From contig CAZKIH010000001.1 in NCBI GenBank assembly GCA_964552775.1, positions 195,287-259,286 on the forward strand: a stretch of DNA of 64,000 nucleotides, given 5' to 3'. Within the stretch, counting starts at the first letter, position 1. The number at the start of each line of letters is the position of its first letter. Position numbers and translations under genes: made by a program. Shown here one piece after another: positions 1-10,018 of this stretch. Below the pieces are notes generated by a model. That model was given only the letters and a program-made list of their open reading frames with translations. It was not told the DNA's origin and searched no databases. The stretch comes from an uncultured Ignavibacteria bacterium (GTDB lineage Bacteria > Zixibacteria > MSB-5A5 > CAIYYT01).

Positions 1-297
1 TGTGGAAATGTCAAGTTCGGTAGCGGGTCCCTGCCCTGATTCCTTGATCAGAGAAATGGCGTAATGCAGGTATTGCTCTGATATTTCCCCTTTGCGCTGA
101 AGACGTTCAAAAAGGTCGAAGAAAAGTGTCTCAGCCTTTGCTGCTTCTGGACCAGAGATGGCGATGGCATCGCCGCGGGCGACAATCTGGACATCAAAAT
201 TCGCCTCGATGGTCTTGACCAGACTATTATTGCCTGCAAATAGGGTGCGGGGATCGACGTTCTTTAGTTCGATCTTTATTCCGTTGGGCTCACTCAA
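1..297 (-). CDS. PhoH-like protein, N-terminal part; gene runs off the window start, probable TTG start at 297
   Basis: Reverse-strand translation from 297 gives LSEPNGIKIELKNVDPRTLFAGNNSLVKTIEANFDVQIVARGDAIAISGPEAAKAETLFFDLFERLQRKGEISEQYL..., open to coordinate 1. It resembles the N-terminal domain that precedes the ATPase in PhoH/YbeZ proteins. It is missing from the ORF track because there is no stop inside the window. The listed 48..239 ORF is in another frame and looks spurious. Confidence 0.45.
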   Translation of the reverse strand, partial: MSEPNGIKIELKNVDPRTLFAGNNSLVKTIEANFDVQIVARGDAIAISGPEAAKAETLFFDLFERLQRKGEISEQYLHYAISLIKESGQGPATELDIST

Positions 298-429
298 TCA
301 GTTCTTCTGTACCTCATAATTAGAACAAACAGTCATAAACACGTTGTCACGTCCCAAAGGAACGTGACGCACGAGTTCTCTGAATCCCAGATCGCCGTTT
401 TGTGAACCGGGTCAACAAAATGTACTTGA

Positions 430-2256
430 TTACTTCTTCTTGTCAATACTAATCGACAGTGACAATTCGGCCAATTGAGCACTCTCGATCTCCGTTGGTG
501 ACCCATCCATAAGCGATTGGGCTGCAGTCGTTTTTGGAAACGCGATTACATCCCGCAACGAGTCTGAGTCGGTCATAATACCAACTATCCTGTCCAGGCC
601 GAGTCCCATTCCGCCATGCGGGGGTGCGCCAAACTTCAGCGCAGTGAGCAGGAAACCGAACATGCGATCGGCTCGGGCGTCGTCCATGCCCAGAATGTTG
701 AGGATCTTCTTCTGCATGTCGGAGCGATGGTTGCGGATCCCGCCTGAGGCAAGTTCGAATCCATTACAAACTAAATCGTACTGATTTGCTCGCACTTTTG
801 CCCAAGGATGCTTGGGATCACTCAGAGCTGTGGTGCTTGTGAAACCCTCCTCCAGAAGTGGTAGGTCAACCTCTCTTGGCGAGGTCACGATGTTGTGCAT
901 GGCATCAAATCGCCCAAGATCAGGATGGTATTCGAACAACGGGAATTCGGTAACCCAGAGGAACGAATACTTCGATTTGTCGACGAGGTTGAACTTCTTG
1001 CCGCAGTAACTCCGTACGCGGCCAAGAATGCCCTCGGTCGCCAGCTTCTTCCCGGCACCGAGCATCAGCAGGTCGCCATCTTTGATATTGCCGATCTCTC
1101 GCAGCTTTTTGACAACGTCCTCGGTGAGGAATTTCTTGATCGGTGATTTCACCTCTTCGGCAAAAGCGACCCACGCGAGCCCTTTCGCCCCGGCAAGCTT
1201 GGCTTCGTCCTCAATCTCCTCAAGTTGCTTGCGCGAGAGTCCTGCCTGTTCCGACGCAATGACGCCTTTGACAACGCCGCCACTCGCGAGGGCCTCAGAG
1301 AATACCTTGAAATCGCTGCCAATGAACGCTGCAGAGAAATCAATCAACCTCATCTCGAACCGACGGTCGGGCTTGTCCGATCCGTACTCGCTCATGATTT
1401 GATCATACGGATACCGAGGAAATGGCGTGGTGATATCAACACCAAGAGTCTCCTTGAAGGAGTATTTCATCATACCTTCGACCAGCGTGAAGATGTCGTC
1501 TTGAGTGACAAATGACATTTCCAAGTCGATTTGCGTGTGTTCCGGCTGGCGATCGGCGCGAAGGTCCTCATCGCGCAGACATTTTGCGAGTTGAAAATAC
1601 CGGTCAAACCCAGATATCATCAGGATTTGCTTGAACAATTGCGGCGACTGTGGCAGCGCATAGAATTTGCCGGGATGGACGCGTGAGGGCACTACATAGT
1701 CACGTGCGCCTTCCGGAGTCGAGCGCATCAATAGAGGCGTCTCGATCTCAAGAAATTTCTGTGAATGCAAGTATTGACGTACCGCAAAGGCAAAGCGATG
1801 ACGTAACTCGATTTTATCGGCAAGGAAACGCCGGCGCAGATCGAGGTAACGATAGGTCAGGCGCAGGTCCTCGTTGGCAGTAGTGTCTTCCTCGATCTCG
1901 AAGGGTGGAGTCTCAGACTCAGCAAGGAGTTCAAATTCGCGGGCGTCAACTTCGATATCACCGGTGGGAAGATTTGCGTTGATCATACCTTCGGGACGCA
2001 CGACCACGTTGCCGGTCACGCTGATCACAAATTCGCCGCGTAAATGCGACGCGGCATTCATTTTCTCTTCCGAGAAGTTGTCTGGATGAAAGACAACTTG
2101 AGTAATGCCGTAACGATCGCGCAGATCGACGAACAGGATGCCGCCGTGATTGCGATACTTCTTGACCCAGCCATTGAGCGTGATGCTCTGACCGGCGTGC
2201 TCTCTGCGAAGTTCACCACAGGTGTGGGTGCGTCGTAATTGCGAAAACGGTCTCAA
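430..2256 (-). CDS. aspS: aspartate--tRNA ligase
   Basis: 608 aa with a class II aaRS anticodon-binding N-terminus (GWVKKYRNHGGILFVDLRDRYG) and a C-terminal catalytic core (GGMGLGLDRIVGIM, QSPQLFKQILM). TAA stop. Confidence 0.95.
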   Translation of the reverse strand: MRPFSQLRRTHTCGELRREHAGQSITLNGWVKKYRNHGGILFVDLRDRYGITQVVFHPDNFSEEKMNAASHLRGEFVISVTGNVVVRPEGMINANLPTGDIEVDAREFELLAESETPPFEIEEDTTANEDLRLTYRYLDLRRRFLADKIELRHRFAFAVRQYLHSQKFLEIETPLLMRSTPEGARDYVVPSRVHPGKFYALPQSPQLFKQILMISGFDRYFQLAKCLRDEDLRADRQPEHTQIDLEMSFVTQDDIFTLVEGMMKYSFKETLGVDITTPFPRYPYDQIMSEYGSDKPDRRFEMRLIDFSAAFIGSDFKVFSEALASGGVVKGVIASEQAGLSRKQLEEIEDEAKLAGAKGLAWVAFAEEVKSPIKKFLTEDVVKKLREIGNIKDGDLLMLGAGKKLATEGILGRVRSYCGKKFNLVDKSKYSFLWVTEFPLFEYHPDLGRFDAMHNIVTSPREVDLPLLEEGFTSTTALSDPKHPWAKVRANQYDLVCNGFELASGGIRNHRSDMQKKILNILGMDDARADRMFGFLLTALKFGAPPHGGMGLGLDRIVGIMTDSDSLRDVIAFPKTTAAQSLMDGSPTEIESAQLAELSLSISIDKKK

Positions 2257-2447
2257 AGTTACTCCCTGTCAACCTACTTGGAGGCGTCAAAATACACACC
2301 CCATCTCATCGCTTACAGCGATGAGACACCCCTCTTAAGAGGGAATCAACAAAAACGTCTTTTCGCTCTGGTTTTGCGGGAATTTCCGCAACAACCGGAA
2401 GACGTCACATTTGAGCGGCAAATATACGCAAAGGCGGCGAATTCTCA

Positions 2448-2487
2448 AGGGAAAATGAGAGACGGCAGGATGGTAGTTCCTGCCGCC
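2448..2487 (-). terminator. hairpin followed by a U-run on the minus strand, downstream of the 2526..4643 gene
   Basis: gacggcagg/cctgccgcc stem at 2461..2487; on the minus strand it is followed by ctctcattttcc. Confidence 0.4.
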
Positions 2488-2525
2488 ATGAAAGTTATCA
2501 ATCAGAAGTCAACTCTGGTGTTGGC

Positions 2526-4643
2526 TTAGCACGGCGCCGCACCACCGGCAAAGATGTAGTTAACTAAGTAGACTACGTCCGAAATGTTGACTATCCCATT
2601 GCAGTTGGCGTCTCCGGAAGCCAAAGGAAACGGAGCGGGACCCTCTGCCACAATATACTGGAGTACAAATACAGCATCTGAGATATTGACCAAGCCACTG
2701 CCATTGGCGTCGCCTCTGACATAAGGTCTGGTCGCAATATCGAAGCAGACTGCCGGTGCCGAGGGGTCAATTTCGCTGTTGTTGGCGATGCCGAAATATG
2801 AAGGGGGAAATGCGCCGGCGCCGTAATCGAAAAACCAGTGGTAGGCTGGCGGAAAAAAGATGTTGTCGACGCAGAAACCGGAAGTCGTCGGCGTCGCGCC
2901 CTGTAGGCGGAATTTAACGCTGTAGCACTTGGCGTGAGAAGGATGAGATGGCAGATTGTATGCGGCGGCATTGGAAGCACCGCCAAGATAGAGGGTGTCC
3001 GGCAAATGACTAGTCTGAGGACGGATTCCAATGCCGGGGAGATTGAAGCGGTCGACTGCATCACCTTCTTCTTTGACCAAGCCAGCCCATTCACCGGTCT
3101 CTGGTGCAGTACCATAACCTGTAATCCACTGGATGGGGAATGATGTGGCCAACTCAAATCCAAGGGCAAGAACCCAAATCGGATCACCATTAGCAATCCA
3201 GACTTCAAGGATGTTGTCTTCACCAGTCCAGACCACGTTGTCGCCTCGATTCAACACGATCCTGACATCGCCTTGGCTGGAGGCGGAGTAGTCACAGACA
3301 TCGCCGATTCCGTCGAAATCGGCATCCTCTTGACCGGTGTTAGGGACGATCAAGCAATTATCAAGGAGATCACAGACTAAGTCTCCATCTCGATCTGTAT
3401 GATGCGCGCACTCTGCACAACCACCGCCCGGCAAATTAGTGCAAGCATCACAGGCATTGCCCGTTCCATCGCCATCGGTGTCACTCTGGTTTGCGTTGCT
3501 GACGATTGGACAGTTGTCGACGACACGAGTGTTCGCTGCGTATCCGGGATCACCAAAACCGTCGCCATCAGTATCTGTGCAGGGATCGCAGGCATCACCA
3601 ATACCGTCACTGTCGCTGTCGGTCTGCCCAGAGTTGGCGATGGACGGACAGTTGTCGGTCCCACATTCGTTCTCGGGATGTCCGGGATCTCCAAACCCGT
3701 CTCCATCGGAGTCGAAGCAGATCCCGCTGCAGGCAATCACACCTGCACCGATCAAAGTAGCACACGCGTTATTACTTGGGGCACACGGAGAGACGTTTTT
3801 GATCGGGTAAGTTGGATACGCTGTCGGGCAGAACCTAGGATCAAATGAGAAATTGCCTGGAGTTGATACGAGGGAAGCGAATGCGCCAACCCAGTCTCCC
3901 GATTGATTGCCGTAAATGTCCGTGCAAGTGATGTCAAATTCAGCGGGGCTGACGCCAGAATATGAGATAGAAGCTCCTGGCGCATTGAAGGCAATGATGC
4001 AGTTGCTGATGTCGACCGGTGACCCGGACGACAGCAAACCTCCCCCCTGGTTGTAAACGATCGTGCAATTTATGAGTCTGGGAGTACTGGGGAGATTTCT
4101 TTCATACTGATAGACGCCTCCTCCTGCACCGCTAAGGCTTCGGTTGTTTGCAATCACGCAGTTCCGAATCGTCGGGTTAGCATTGTCATCGCAGCTTATG
4201 CCCCCACCTTCATTCGAAGATGTATTGTTGATCAAGCGGCAGTTCTGAATGAGCGGAGAGGCTTGGTTCACGGCAATGCCTCCTCCTTCTGTCCATACAT
4301 AGCCATTCGTGATCGTAAAGCCGTCCAGCCTCGACGTCGTGTCCTCACCGGCAACGAACAGGATGCCCCGATGATTATCTCCTGAAGTCCCTTGACAGTC
4401 AATAATAGTAACGTCTGGCCCGCCCGCTGACTTGACAGTTATGGCCTTGCCGCTGAAGTCGACATCGCGATTACCGGCGCCTGTATATGTTCCCGCCGCA
4501 ACCAGCACCGTGTCGCCAGCGACAGCGGCATTGATGCCGGCCTGAATTGTCGGCTGATCCGTTGGAACGTTAATAGTTGAACCTACACTTACGCCCCACC
4601 AACACCCAATAATCATCATAGTGAGACAGATTACCCTACGCAC
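2526..4643 (-). CDS. secreted right-handed beta-helix protein with thrombospondin type-3-like Ca-binding repeats and a C-terminal dockerin-like pair
   Basis: Signal peptide, then repeated NxxSxxGGGI/GGGL parallel beta-helix motifs. Multiple DSDGDGFGDPG / DTDGDGTGNACD aspartate-rich TSP3-like repeats follow. The C-terminus is CGDANGSGLVNISDAVFVLQYIVAEGPAP...GDANCNGIVNISDVVYLVNYIFAGGAAPC. Confidence 0.8.
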   Translation of the reverse strand: MRRVICLTMMIIGCWWGVSVGSTINVPTDQPTIQAGINAAVAGDTVLVAAGTYTGAGNRDVDFSGKAITVKSAGGPDVTIIDCQGTSGDNHRGILFVAGEDTTSRLDGFTITNGYVWTEGGGIAVNQASPLIQNCRLINNTSSNEGGGISCDDNANPTIRNCVIANNRSLSGAGGGVYQYERNLPSTPRLINCTIVYNQGGGLLSSGSPVDISNCIIAFNAPGASISYSGVSPAEFDITCTDIYGNQSGDWVGAFASLVSTPGNFSFDPRFCPTAYPTYPIKNVSPCAPSNNACATLIGAGVIACSGICFDSDGDGFGDPGHPENECGTDNCPSIANSGQTDSDSDGIGDACDPCTDTDGDGFGDPGYAANTRVVDNCPIVSNANQSDTDGDGTGNACDACTNLPGGGCAECAHHTDRDGDLVCDLLDNCLIVPNTGQEDADFDGIGDVCDYSASSQGDVRIVLNRGDNVVWTGEDNILEVWIANGDPIWVLALGFELATSFPIQWITGYGTAPETGEWAGLVKEEGDAVDRFNLPGIGIRPQTSHLPDTLYLGGASNAAAYNLPSHPSHAKCYSVKFRLQGATPTTSGFCVDNIFFPPAYHWFFDYGAGAFPPSYFGIANNSEIDPSAPAVCFDIATRPYVRGDANGSGLVNISDAVFVLQYIVAEGPAPFPLASGDANCNGIVNISDVVYLVNYIFAGGAAPC

Positions 4644-4855
4644 GGCAAACTCCTTTGCGTCCTAATCCGATTGAAATTCGTTTCAGATTCTGATTACTTT
4701 GATGATACGCTGTAGACCCTTTACAATAGTAACTCTCAGACGTCGATTTGTCAAGTTCACAATAGAAGGTAGAATTGTGGTACAAATATTCCGCAAAGAT
4801 TACTATCATAGTAGTTTATGACAATCGACCGTATTAGCAGCGACCGGAACAAGCC

Positions 4856-5419
4856 TTGAGTCTACCGACTATCATTGGAATCGCCATAGGTTTGGCGATG
4901 GATGCCTTCGCTGTTGCGATCGCCGTCGGTTGCACAATACCGCACCTTACCTTTCGGCACTACTTCCGACTCTCATTTCATTTCGGCCTGTTCCAGGCTT
5001 TGATGCCTCTTCTCGGCTGGTACTTGGGCACCAAGGTCGAACACCTAATCGGTGGAGTAGATCACTGGGTGGCATTCGGACTGCTGACTATTATCGGAGC
5101 GCGCATGATCCAGGAGTCGCGTTCGGAAAAAAAGGACTTGAACATGGCCCTCAGGGACCCTACGCGCAAGTGGTCATTGATGATTCTCTCTGTCGCTACG
5201 AGTATCGACGCCTTCGCGGTCGGTCTGAGCATTGCTCTGCTTCGCGTCGAAATCCTGACGCCGATCGTGATCATCGGCATCGTGGCGCTCGCATTTACCA
5301 TCGGTGGAATGTTGTGTGGCAGTCGACTGGGTGGGTACCTGGGCAAACGCGCGGAGCTATGGGGCGGGATTCTGTTGATCGCGATCGGCTGTCGAATCCT
5401 CATCGAGCATCTTCTCTGA
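4856..5419 (+). CDS. mntP: manganese efflux pump MntP (DUF204 family)
   Basis: 187 aa, two repeated hydrophobic halves each with the conserved AMDAFAV / SIDAFAVG motifs. TGA stop. Confidence 0.85.
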   Translation: MSLPTIIGIAIGLAMDAFAVAIAVGCTIPHLTFRHYFRLSFHFGLFQALMPLLGWYLGTKVEHLIGGVDHWVAFGLLTIIGARMIQESRSEKKDLNMALRDPTRKWSLMILSVATSIDAFAVGLSIALLRVEILTPIVIIGIVALAFTIGGMLCGSRLGGYLGKRAELWGGILLIAIGCRILIEHLL

Positions 5420-5497
5420 AGATTGGCAATATTTTCCAGCCACCTGTAACACTGGCTCAGGTATCCCCGTACTCTAATTATCACGACAGGAGCAGTA

Positions 5498-5833
5498 ATG
5501 GACTATTACCAGATTTGGTGTAATCTCAAAGAATCACACAAGGACCTCGAGTTTTGCGTGCATGTAAGAGCTTATTTGGGCTATCTTCAGGGACAGGGGA
5601 AATTGCGCGGATTCACGATCACACGCCGAAAGTTGGGTTGGGGACCTGAGGAACTTGGCGAATTCAATATTGCGATCATGACCGACAATCTGGCTCAACT
5701 CGAGGAGGCATTTCAGCATGTGGCAACGCGAGACGGCGAGGTTGAACGGTTGCATCGCAATGTGTTCAAGGCAGTGACCGATTTCAAATCGGCACTTTAT
5801 CGCGATTTCCCGGACGCTGCCAGGGTTAAGTAG
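5498..5833 (+). CDS. hypothetical protein
   Basis: 111-aa ORF with protein-like composition; no family recognised by eye. Confidence 0.4.
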   Translation: MDYYQIWCNLKESHKDLEFCVHVRAYLGYLQGQGKLRGFTITRRKLGWGPEELGEFNIAIMTDNLAQLEEAFQHVATRDGEVERLHRNVFKAVTDFKSALYRDFPDAARVK

Positions 5834-5899
5834 ATTGCGGGAGGGGCTGATTTCTGGCCATTTCTCTGGGCTTGATACGAAAAACGTCCAGCGCGGCGC

Positions 5900-5928
5900 T
5901 TGATTCCGAGAGCACTGATGGTTATAAT
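5900..5928 (+). promoter_or_regulatory. sigma70-like promoter TTGATT-17 nt-TATAAT upstream of the M32 carboxypeptidase gene
   Basis: ttgatt (5900..5905), a 17-nt spacer, then tataat (5923..5928), about 55 nt upstream of the ATG at 5982. Confidence 0.45.
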
Positions 5929-5981
5929 AACTGCAGGTATTTCTGACACAGTACAAACGTGATTCACGAGGAGATATATCG

Positions 5982-7493
5982 ATGTCGAAGCAAGCCATGA
6001 CTGAACTCAAACAGATCATGAATGAAGTGTCATTGATCGGCTCGACGGCTGCGCTCCTGGGTTGGGACGAGCGAGTCAACATGCCTAAAAACGGCTCCGC
6101 GCACCGGGCCAATCAGCTCGCGTACATGGCGGGACTTTTGCATGAGAAGTTTACTGCGCCTAACGTCGGTGAGTTGCTGAAAGCTGCCGAGGGCAGCCCA
6201 ACAACCAAAGATCCGCTGGCGGTTGATGCGGTGATTGTGCGCGAGTTGCGCCGTGCGTACGACAAGAGGACTAAAGTACCCAACAAACTCGTACAGGCGA
6301 TCGCGCATGCCGAAACGACTGGACAAAGCGTCTGGGTCAATGCCCGTCGCGACAACGATTTCAAGTCGTTTTTCCCCCATCTGGAAAAGATGATCGATCT
6401 CAAGCGCCAATATGCCGAGGCGGTTGGCTACAAAGAAATGGCCTACGACGCCCTACTCGACGATTACGAGCCGGGGGCTTCGACGAAATCGATTACTGCT
6501 GTATTCACAGATTTCCGCAAAGAACTGGTCGAACTCGTTGCCAAGATTCTTAATGCTCCGAAGAAACCGGATGTTTCGATAGTCGAACGTGAATTTCCGG
6601 TCGACCGTCAACGCATCTTTGGCGAAACGGTGGCGGCTGCTATCGGATTTCCTTTCTCAGAAGGACGCTTGGATGTAACGGCGCATCCGTTCTGTTCGGG
6701 AATCGGACCCGGCGACTGCCGAATTACGACCCGTTACAATCCGAATCATCTTGGGCAGGCGTTGTTCGGAACGATGCACGAATCGGGTCATGCACTGTAT
6801 GAACTGGGCTTGCCGCGCGAACACTTTGGGACGCCGATGGGTGAGGCCGTCAGTCTCGGCATTCATGAGTCGCAGTCGCGGATGTGGGAAAACATGGTCG
6901 GACGTTCCAAACCGTTCTGGAAGTTCTTCTTCCCCTTGGCCCAGCAGACCTTCTACGAGGCGCTTGGCGACGTCAAGTTTGACGACTTCTATTTTGCGAT
7001 CAACGACGTGCGCGCTTCGTTTGTCCGTGTTGAGGCGGATGAAGTGACCTACAATCTGCATATCCTATTGCGCTTCGAAATTGAGCAGGGAATTTTCGAC
7101 GGCACAATCAAGGCCAAGGATTTGCCGGCGGTCTGGAATGAGAAATTCACCAAATACTTTGGAATCACTCCCAAGAGCGATTCACAGGGTTGTTTGCAGG
7201 ATATTCACTGGGCAGCCGGATTGTTTGGTTATTTCCCGACTTATGCGCTCGGCAACCTCTACGCTGCGCAATTCTTCGCGAAGGCCAAGAAAGATATTCC
7301 TGATCTTGATGATCAATTTGCCGCTGGCAAGTACGGCGCCTTGCTTGACTGGCTGCGAAAGAATATTCACAGTCAGGGCCAGCGTTATCATGCTGAGGAT
7401 CTCGTCAAAGTCGTCACCGGTAAGAAGCTTGACCACAAGCCGTTGATGAGCTATCTCGACAAGAAGTTCAGGCCGTTGTACGGTGTCAAGTAG
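5982..7493 (+). CDS. M32 family carboxypeptidase (carboxypeptidase Taq-like)
   Basis: 503 aa with the HESGHALYE zincin motif, plus the IRVEADEVTYNLHI and DIHWAAGLFGYFPTY signatures typical of M32. Confidence 0.9.
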   Translation: MSKQAMTELKQIMNEVSLIGSTAALLGWDERVNMPKNGSAHRANQLAYMAGLLHEKFTAPNVGELLKAAEGSPTTKDPLAVDAVIVRELRRAYDKRTKVPNKLVQAIAHAETTGQSVWVNARRDNDFKSFFPHLEKMIDLKRQYAEAVGYKEMAYDALLDDYEPGASTKSITAVFTDFRKELVELVAKILNAPKKPDVSIVEREFPVDRQRIFGETVAAAIGFPFSEGRLDVTAHPFCSGIGPGDCRITTRYNPNHLGQALFGTMHESGHALYELGLPREHFGTPMGEAVSLGIHESQSRMWENMVGRSKPFWKFFFPLAQQTFYEALGDVKFDDFYFAINDVRASFVRVEADEVTYNLHILLRFEIEQGIFDGTIKAKDLPAVWNEKFTKYFGITPKSDSQGCLQDIHWAAGLFGYFPTYALGNLYAAQFFAKAKKDIPDLDDQFAAGKYGALLDWLRKNIHSQGQRYHAEDLVKVVTGKKLDHKPLMSYLDKKFRPLYGVK

Positions 7494-7530
7494 GAGTCGT
7501 TGAGTAAGCGCTGACAAAGATTATACTGAG

Positions 7531-7587
7531 GCGGCAGGAACCCATTCCTGCCGCGTGTTTAGCCGTCAGGAGAGGACTCCTGACGGC
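7531..7587 (+). terminator. two consecutive GC-rich hairpins after the M32 gene
   Basis: gcggcagg-aacccatt-cctgccgc followed by gtgttt, then gccgtcagga-gagga-ctcctgacggc. Confidence 0.5.
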
Positions 7588-7714
7588 GCAAGGCAATAGC
7601 TGAGCACTTCTTCAACATTTCCTTTGGGTCGGGTATGTTCCTCAACCCCCTCACTTTTTTCTTGACCTTTCCGCGCAGGCGACCTATCGTTTTTCGACAC
7701 TACGTGGGAGGGTC

Positions 7715-8302
7715 ATGGATTATTCTGCCCAGCAGTCGGATAAGCTTATATCCGGGGGCGAGGGATCGACTGGGAGCACCACCGCTCCGACCTATGGCTT
7801 TGCGCGCCAAGCCGAGCTCATGATCGCCGAGAATCGACTCGATGAAGCCTATGACCTGCTTCAGGCCGGGATTACTGCATTCGCCGACTACCCGTCCGGA
7901 TACCAGGTTCTTGGAGACCTGTACATGAAGCGCGGGAATTTTGTGGCGGCCGCATTCGCACTTTTTGAGGCGCTGCGGCGGGAACCCGATAACCCGCTCA
8001 CCCTGCTCATGCTGGGTGATGTCTCGAAATCGACAGGAGATATCCTGGAAGCCAGAAAGTACTATCTGCAGGCGGCCCAGTTGGAGTCAGATTCGCAGAC
8101 CATCGCGGACCGTATGAAAGAGATCGGCTTTTTCGAAATAGAAACACCCGAGTTGGAGCATGATTTTCTCGCTACCGAGAGTGCTGCCGATTTGTTTCGA
8201 ATGCAGGGATACGTCGACAAAGCAAAGACGATCTACTTGATGCTGCTCAAGGGCGCTCCGGGTGATCAACATCTTCACGACAAACTCAAACTTTGTAGAT
8301 AA
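7715..8302 (+). CDS. TPR repeat protein
   Basis: 195 aa with helical TPR-like repeats (AYDLLQAGITAFADYPSGYQVLGDLYMKRGNFVAAAFALFEALRREPDNP). Confidence 0.65.
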   Translation: MDYSAQQSDKLISGGEGSTGSTTAPTYGFARQAELMIAENRLDEAYDLLQAGITAFADYPSGYQVLGDLYMKRGNFVAAAFALFEALRREPDNPLTLLMLGDVSKSTGDILEARKYYLQAAQLESDSQTIADRMKEIGFFEIETPELEHDFLATESAADLFRMQGYVDKAKTIYLMLLKGAPGDQHLHDKLKLCR

Positions 8303-8309
8303 GGAAACT

Positions 8310-9380
8310 ATGCAAGTTCGCATTAAGAAACTTCAGGGACTAATCAAAGGACTCAATCTCGACTGCCTGTTGGTTAATGAGCTGTCACAAATACGCTATC
8401 TCTGCGGTTACACCGGCTCGAATGGCATACTTGTGGTGTTCGCCAACGAAGCATATTTCGTGACTGATTTCCGCTACAAGGCGCAGGTCGGCAAAGAGGT
8501 CAAGGGTGCGAAAATCACGATTGCGCAACGCGAACTTTACACCGAATTGCCCACGATCAAGCGGCTCAATGCCAAGAACCTTCGAGTCGGTTTTCTTGAA
8601 GCTTACATGACGGTGAAGAATCTTCAGATGCTGAAAAAGCTCCTGCCGGGAGCATTGTTTGCGCCGACAAATTTCATGGTCGAGACGCTGGCATCGGTAA
8701 AAGACAACGACGAACTCAAGCACATCCAGAAGGCCGTTGACATTGCCGATGTTGCGTTTGCGCGTATCCTGCAAATCATCAAGCCGGGAATCCGCGAATC
8801 GGAGGTTGCCGCAGAACTGGAGTATCAAATGAAGATGCTCGGCTCGGAGGATCCGTCATTTGAGACGATCATCGCCTCCGGATTTCGCTCTGCGTTGCCG
8901 CATGGACGGGCTTCACACAAATTCATAAAGAAGGGGGAATTCGTTACTCTCGATTTTGGGGCGATTTCAGGAGGCTATCATTCTGACATCACTCGAACAG
9001 TAGTGGTTGGCAGAGCATCGGCCCAACAGAAGAAGATCTACAATCTCGTTCTCAAAGCCCAGATTGCGGGAACTCGCAAGGCCAAGGCGGGTTTAAAAGG
9101 CTCTGACGTGGATAAGCACGTTCGCGACATTATCTCGAAGGCCGGTTACGGCAAGAACTTTGGACACGGGTTGGGGCATGGCATTGGACTACTGATCCAC
9201 GAAGAACCACGCCTTAGTCCGTTATCTGACACTGTGTTACAACCAAACATGGTCGTTACCGTCGAGCCTGGGGTGTATATTGACGGATGGGGCGGCGTCC
9301 GCGTTGAAGATGATGTGGTCATTTCCAGAAACGGCTGTCGCGTAATGAATAAAGCCGATAAGTCGTTGCTGGAGCTATAG
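8310..9380 (+). CDS. Xaa-Pro aminopeptidase (M24 family, PepP-like)
   Basis: Creatinase-N-like N-terminus and a pita-bread domain with HGLGHGIGLLIHEEP and VEPGVYI. The ATG at 8310 with an AAGGA RBS is preferred over the track start at 8262. Confidence 0.85.
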   Translation: MQVRIKKLQGLIKGLNLDCLLVNELSQIRYLCGYTGSNGILVVFANEAYFVTDFRYKAQVGKEVKGAKITIAQRELYTELPTIKRLNAKNLRVGFLEAYMTVKNLQMLKKLLPGALFAPTNFMVETLASVKDNDELKHIQKAVDIADVAFARILQIIKPGIRESEVAAELEYQMKMLGSEDPSFETIIASGFRSALPHGRASHKFIKKGEFVTLDFGAISGGYHSDITRTVVVGRASAQQKKIYNLVLKAQIAGTRKAKAGLKGSDVDKHVRDIISKAGYGKNFGHGLGHGIGLLIHEEPRLSPLSDTVLQPNMVVTVEPGVYIDGWGGVRVEDDVVISRNGCRVMNKADKSLLEL

Positions 9381-9440
9381 TTTTTGGGAAAACATTCGAT
9401 AATCAGGAGTAGGGTTGATTCAACCCGGTCATAGAAACTA

Positions 9441-9962
9441 ATGAACGAAGAAACTATCCGGAAACTGGTGAAGTTGGTGGAATCGTCGGACATTGAGTCG
9501 CTAACCGTCAAGAACTGGTTTAGCAACGTCATGATCATCAAGCGCAGCCCCGAGGCCAGCAATGGCTCAAATGGCGGATCGCATGGTCATGTCACAGTTG
9601 CCAAATCACAGGTCGTTTCGACCTTGCCGACGATTGAGGTGGCTGCCCCTGCTCCTGCTCCGCAGCCGGTCCAGGTCATGCCACAACCACAGCCCGTTGC
9701 GCCGCAGCCGGCGGCTGCAAAGGGCAAGGAGATCAAGTCTCCAATGGTGGGAACATTTTACACCTCGCCCGAACCGGGTGCGCCGCCATTTGTTGAAGTT
9801 GGTGCGCGCATCACGAAGGGTCAGACGATCTGTATCATCGAAGCGATGAAGCTGATGAACGAGATCGAAGCAGAGTTTGACGGCGTTGTCGTCAGACGCG
9901 CGGTGGAAAATGCCCAACCGGTGGAATTTGGTCAGGCGCTGTTCATCGTCGAACCGACCTAA
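9441..9962 (+). CDS. accB: acetyl-CoA carboxylase biotin carboxyl carrier protein
   Basis: Pro/Ala-rich linker followed by the biotinyl domain [18 protein letters not shown] with the EAMK biotinylation motif. Confidence 0.85.
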   Translation: MNEETIRKLVKLVESSDIESLTVKNWFSNVMIIKRSPEASNGSNGGSHGHVTVAKSQVVSTLPTIEVAAPAPAPQPVQVMPQPQPVAPQPAAAKGKEIKSPMVGTFYTSPEPGAPPFVEVGARITKGQTICIIEAMKLMNEIEAEFDGVVVRRAVENAQPVEFGQALFIVEPT

Positions 9963-10018
9963 TTCCTGATCTGCTAACTCATCGGTCTGGTTTCCGGACA
10001 AACCTTGAGGAGAGACCG

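Noticed and set aside
48-239. 63-aa minus-strand ORF at the window start.
   Set aside because: Low-complexity translation; a different minus-strand frame encodes a clear PhoH-like domain across the same region.
2239-2529. 96-aa plus-strand ORF between aspS and the beta-helix gene.
   Set aside because: It lies in the aspS promoter and upstream-gene terminator region, has no protein-like features and overlaps a terminator hairpin.
4644-4855. Looked for a yybP-ykoY manganese riboswitch upstream of mntP, a common arrangement.
   Set aside because: The 210-nt leader is AT-rich but lacks the conserved GGGGAGUA-type core and paired helices of that riboswitch as far as I can judge by eye; left unannotated.
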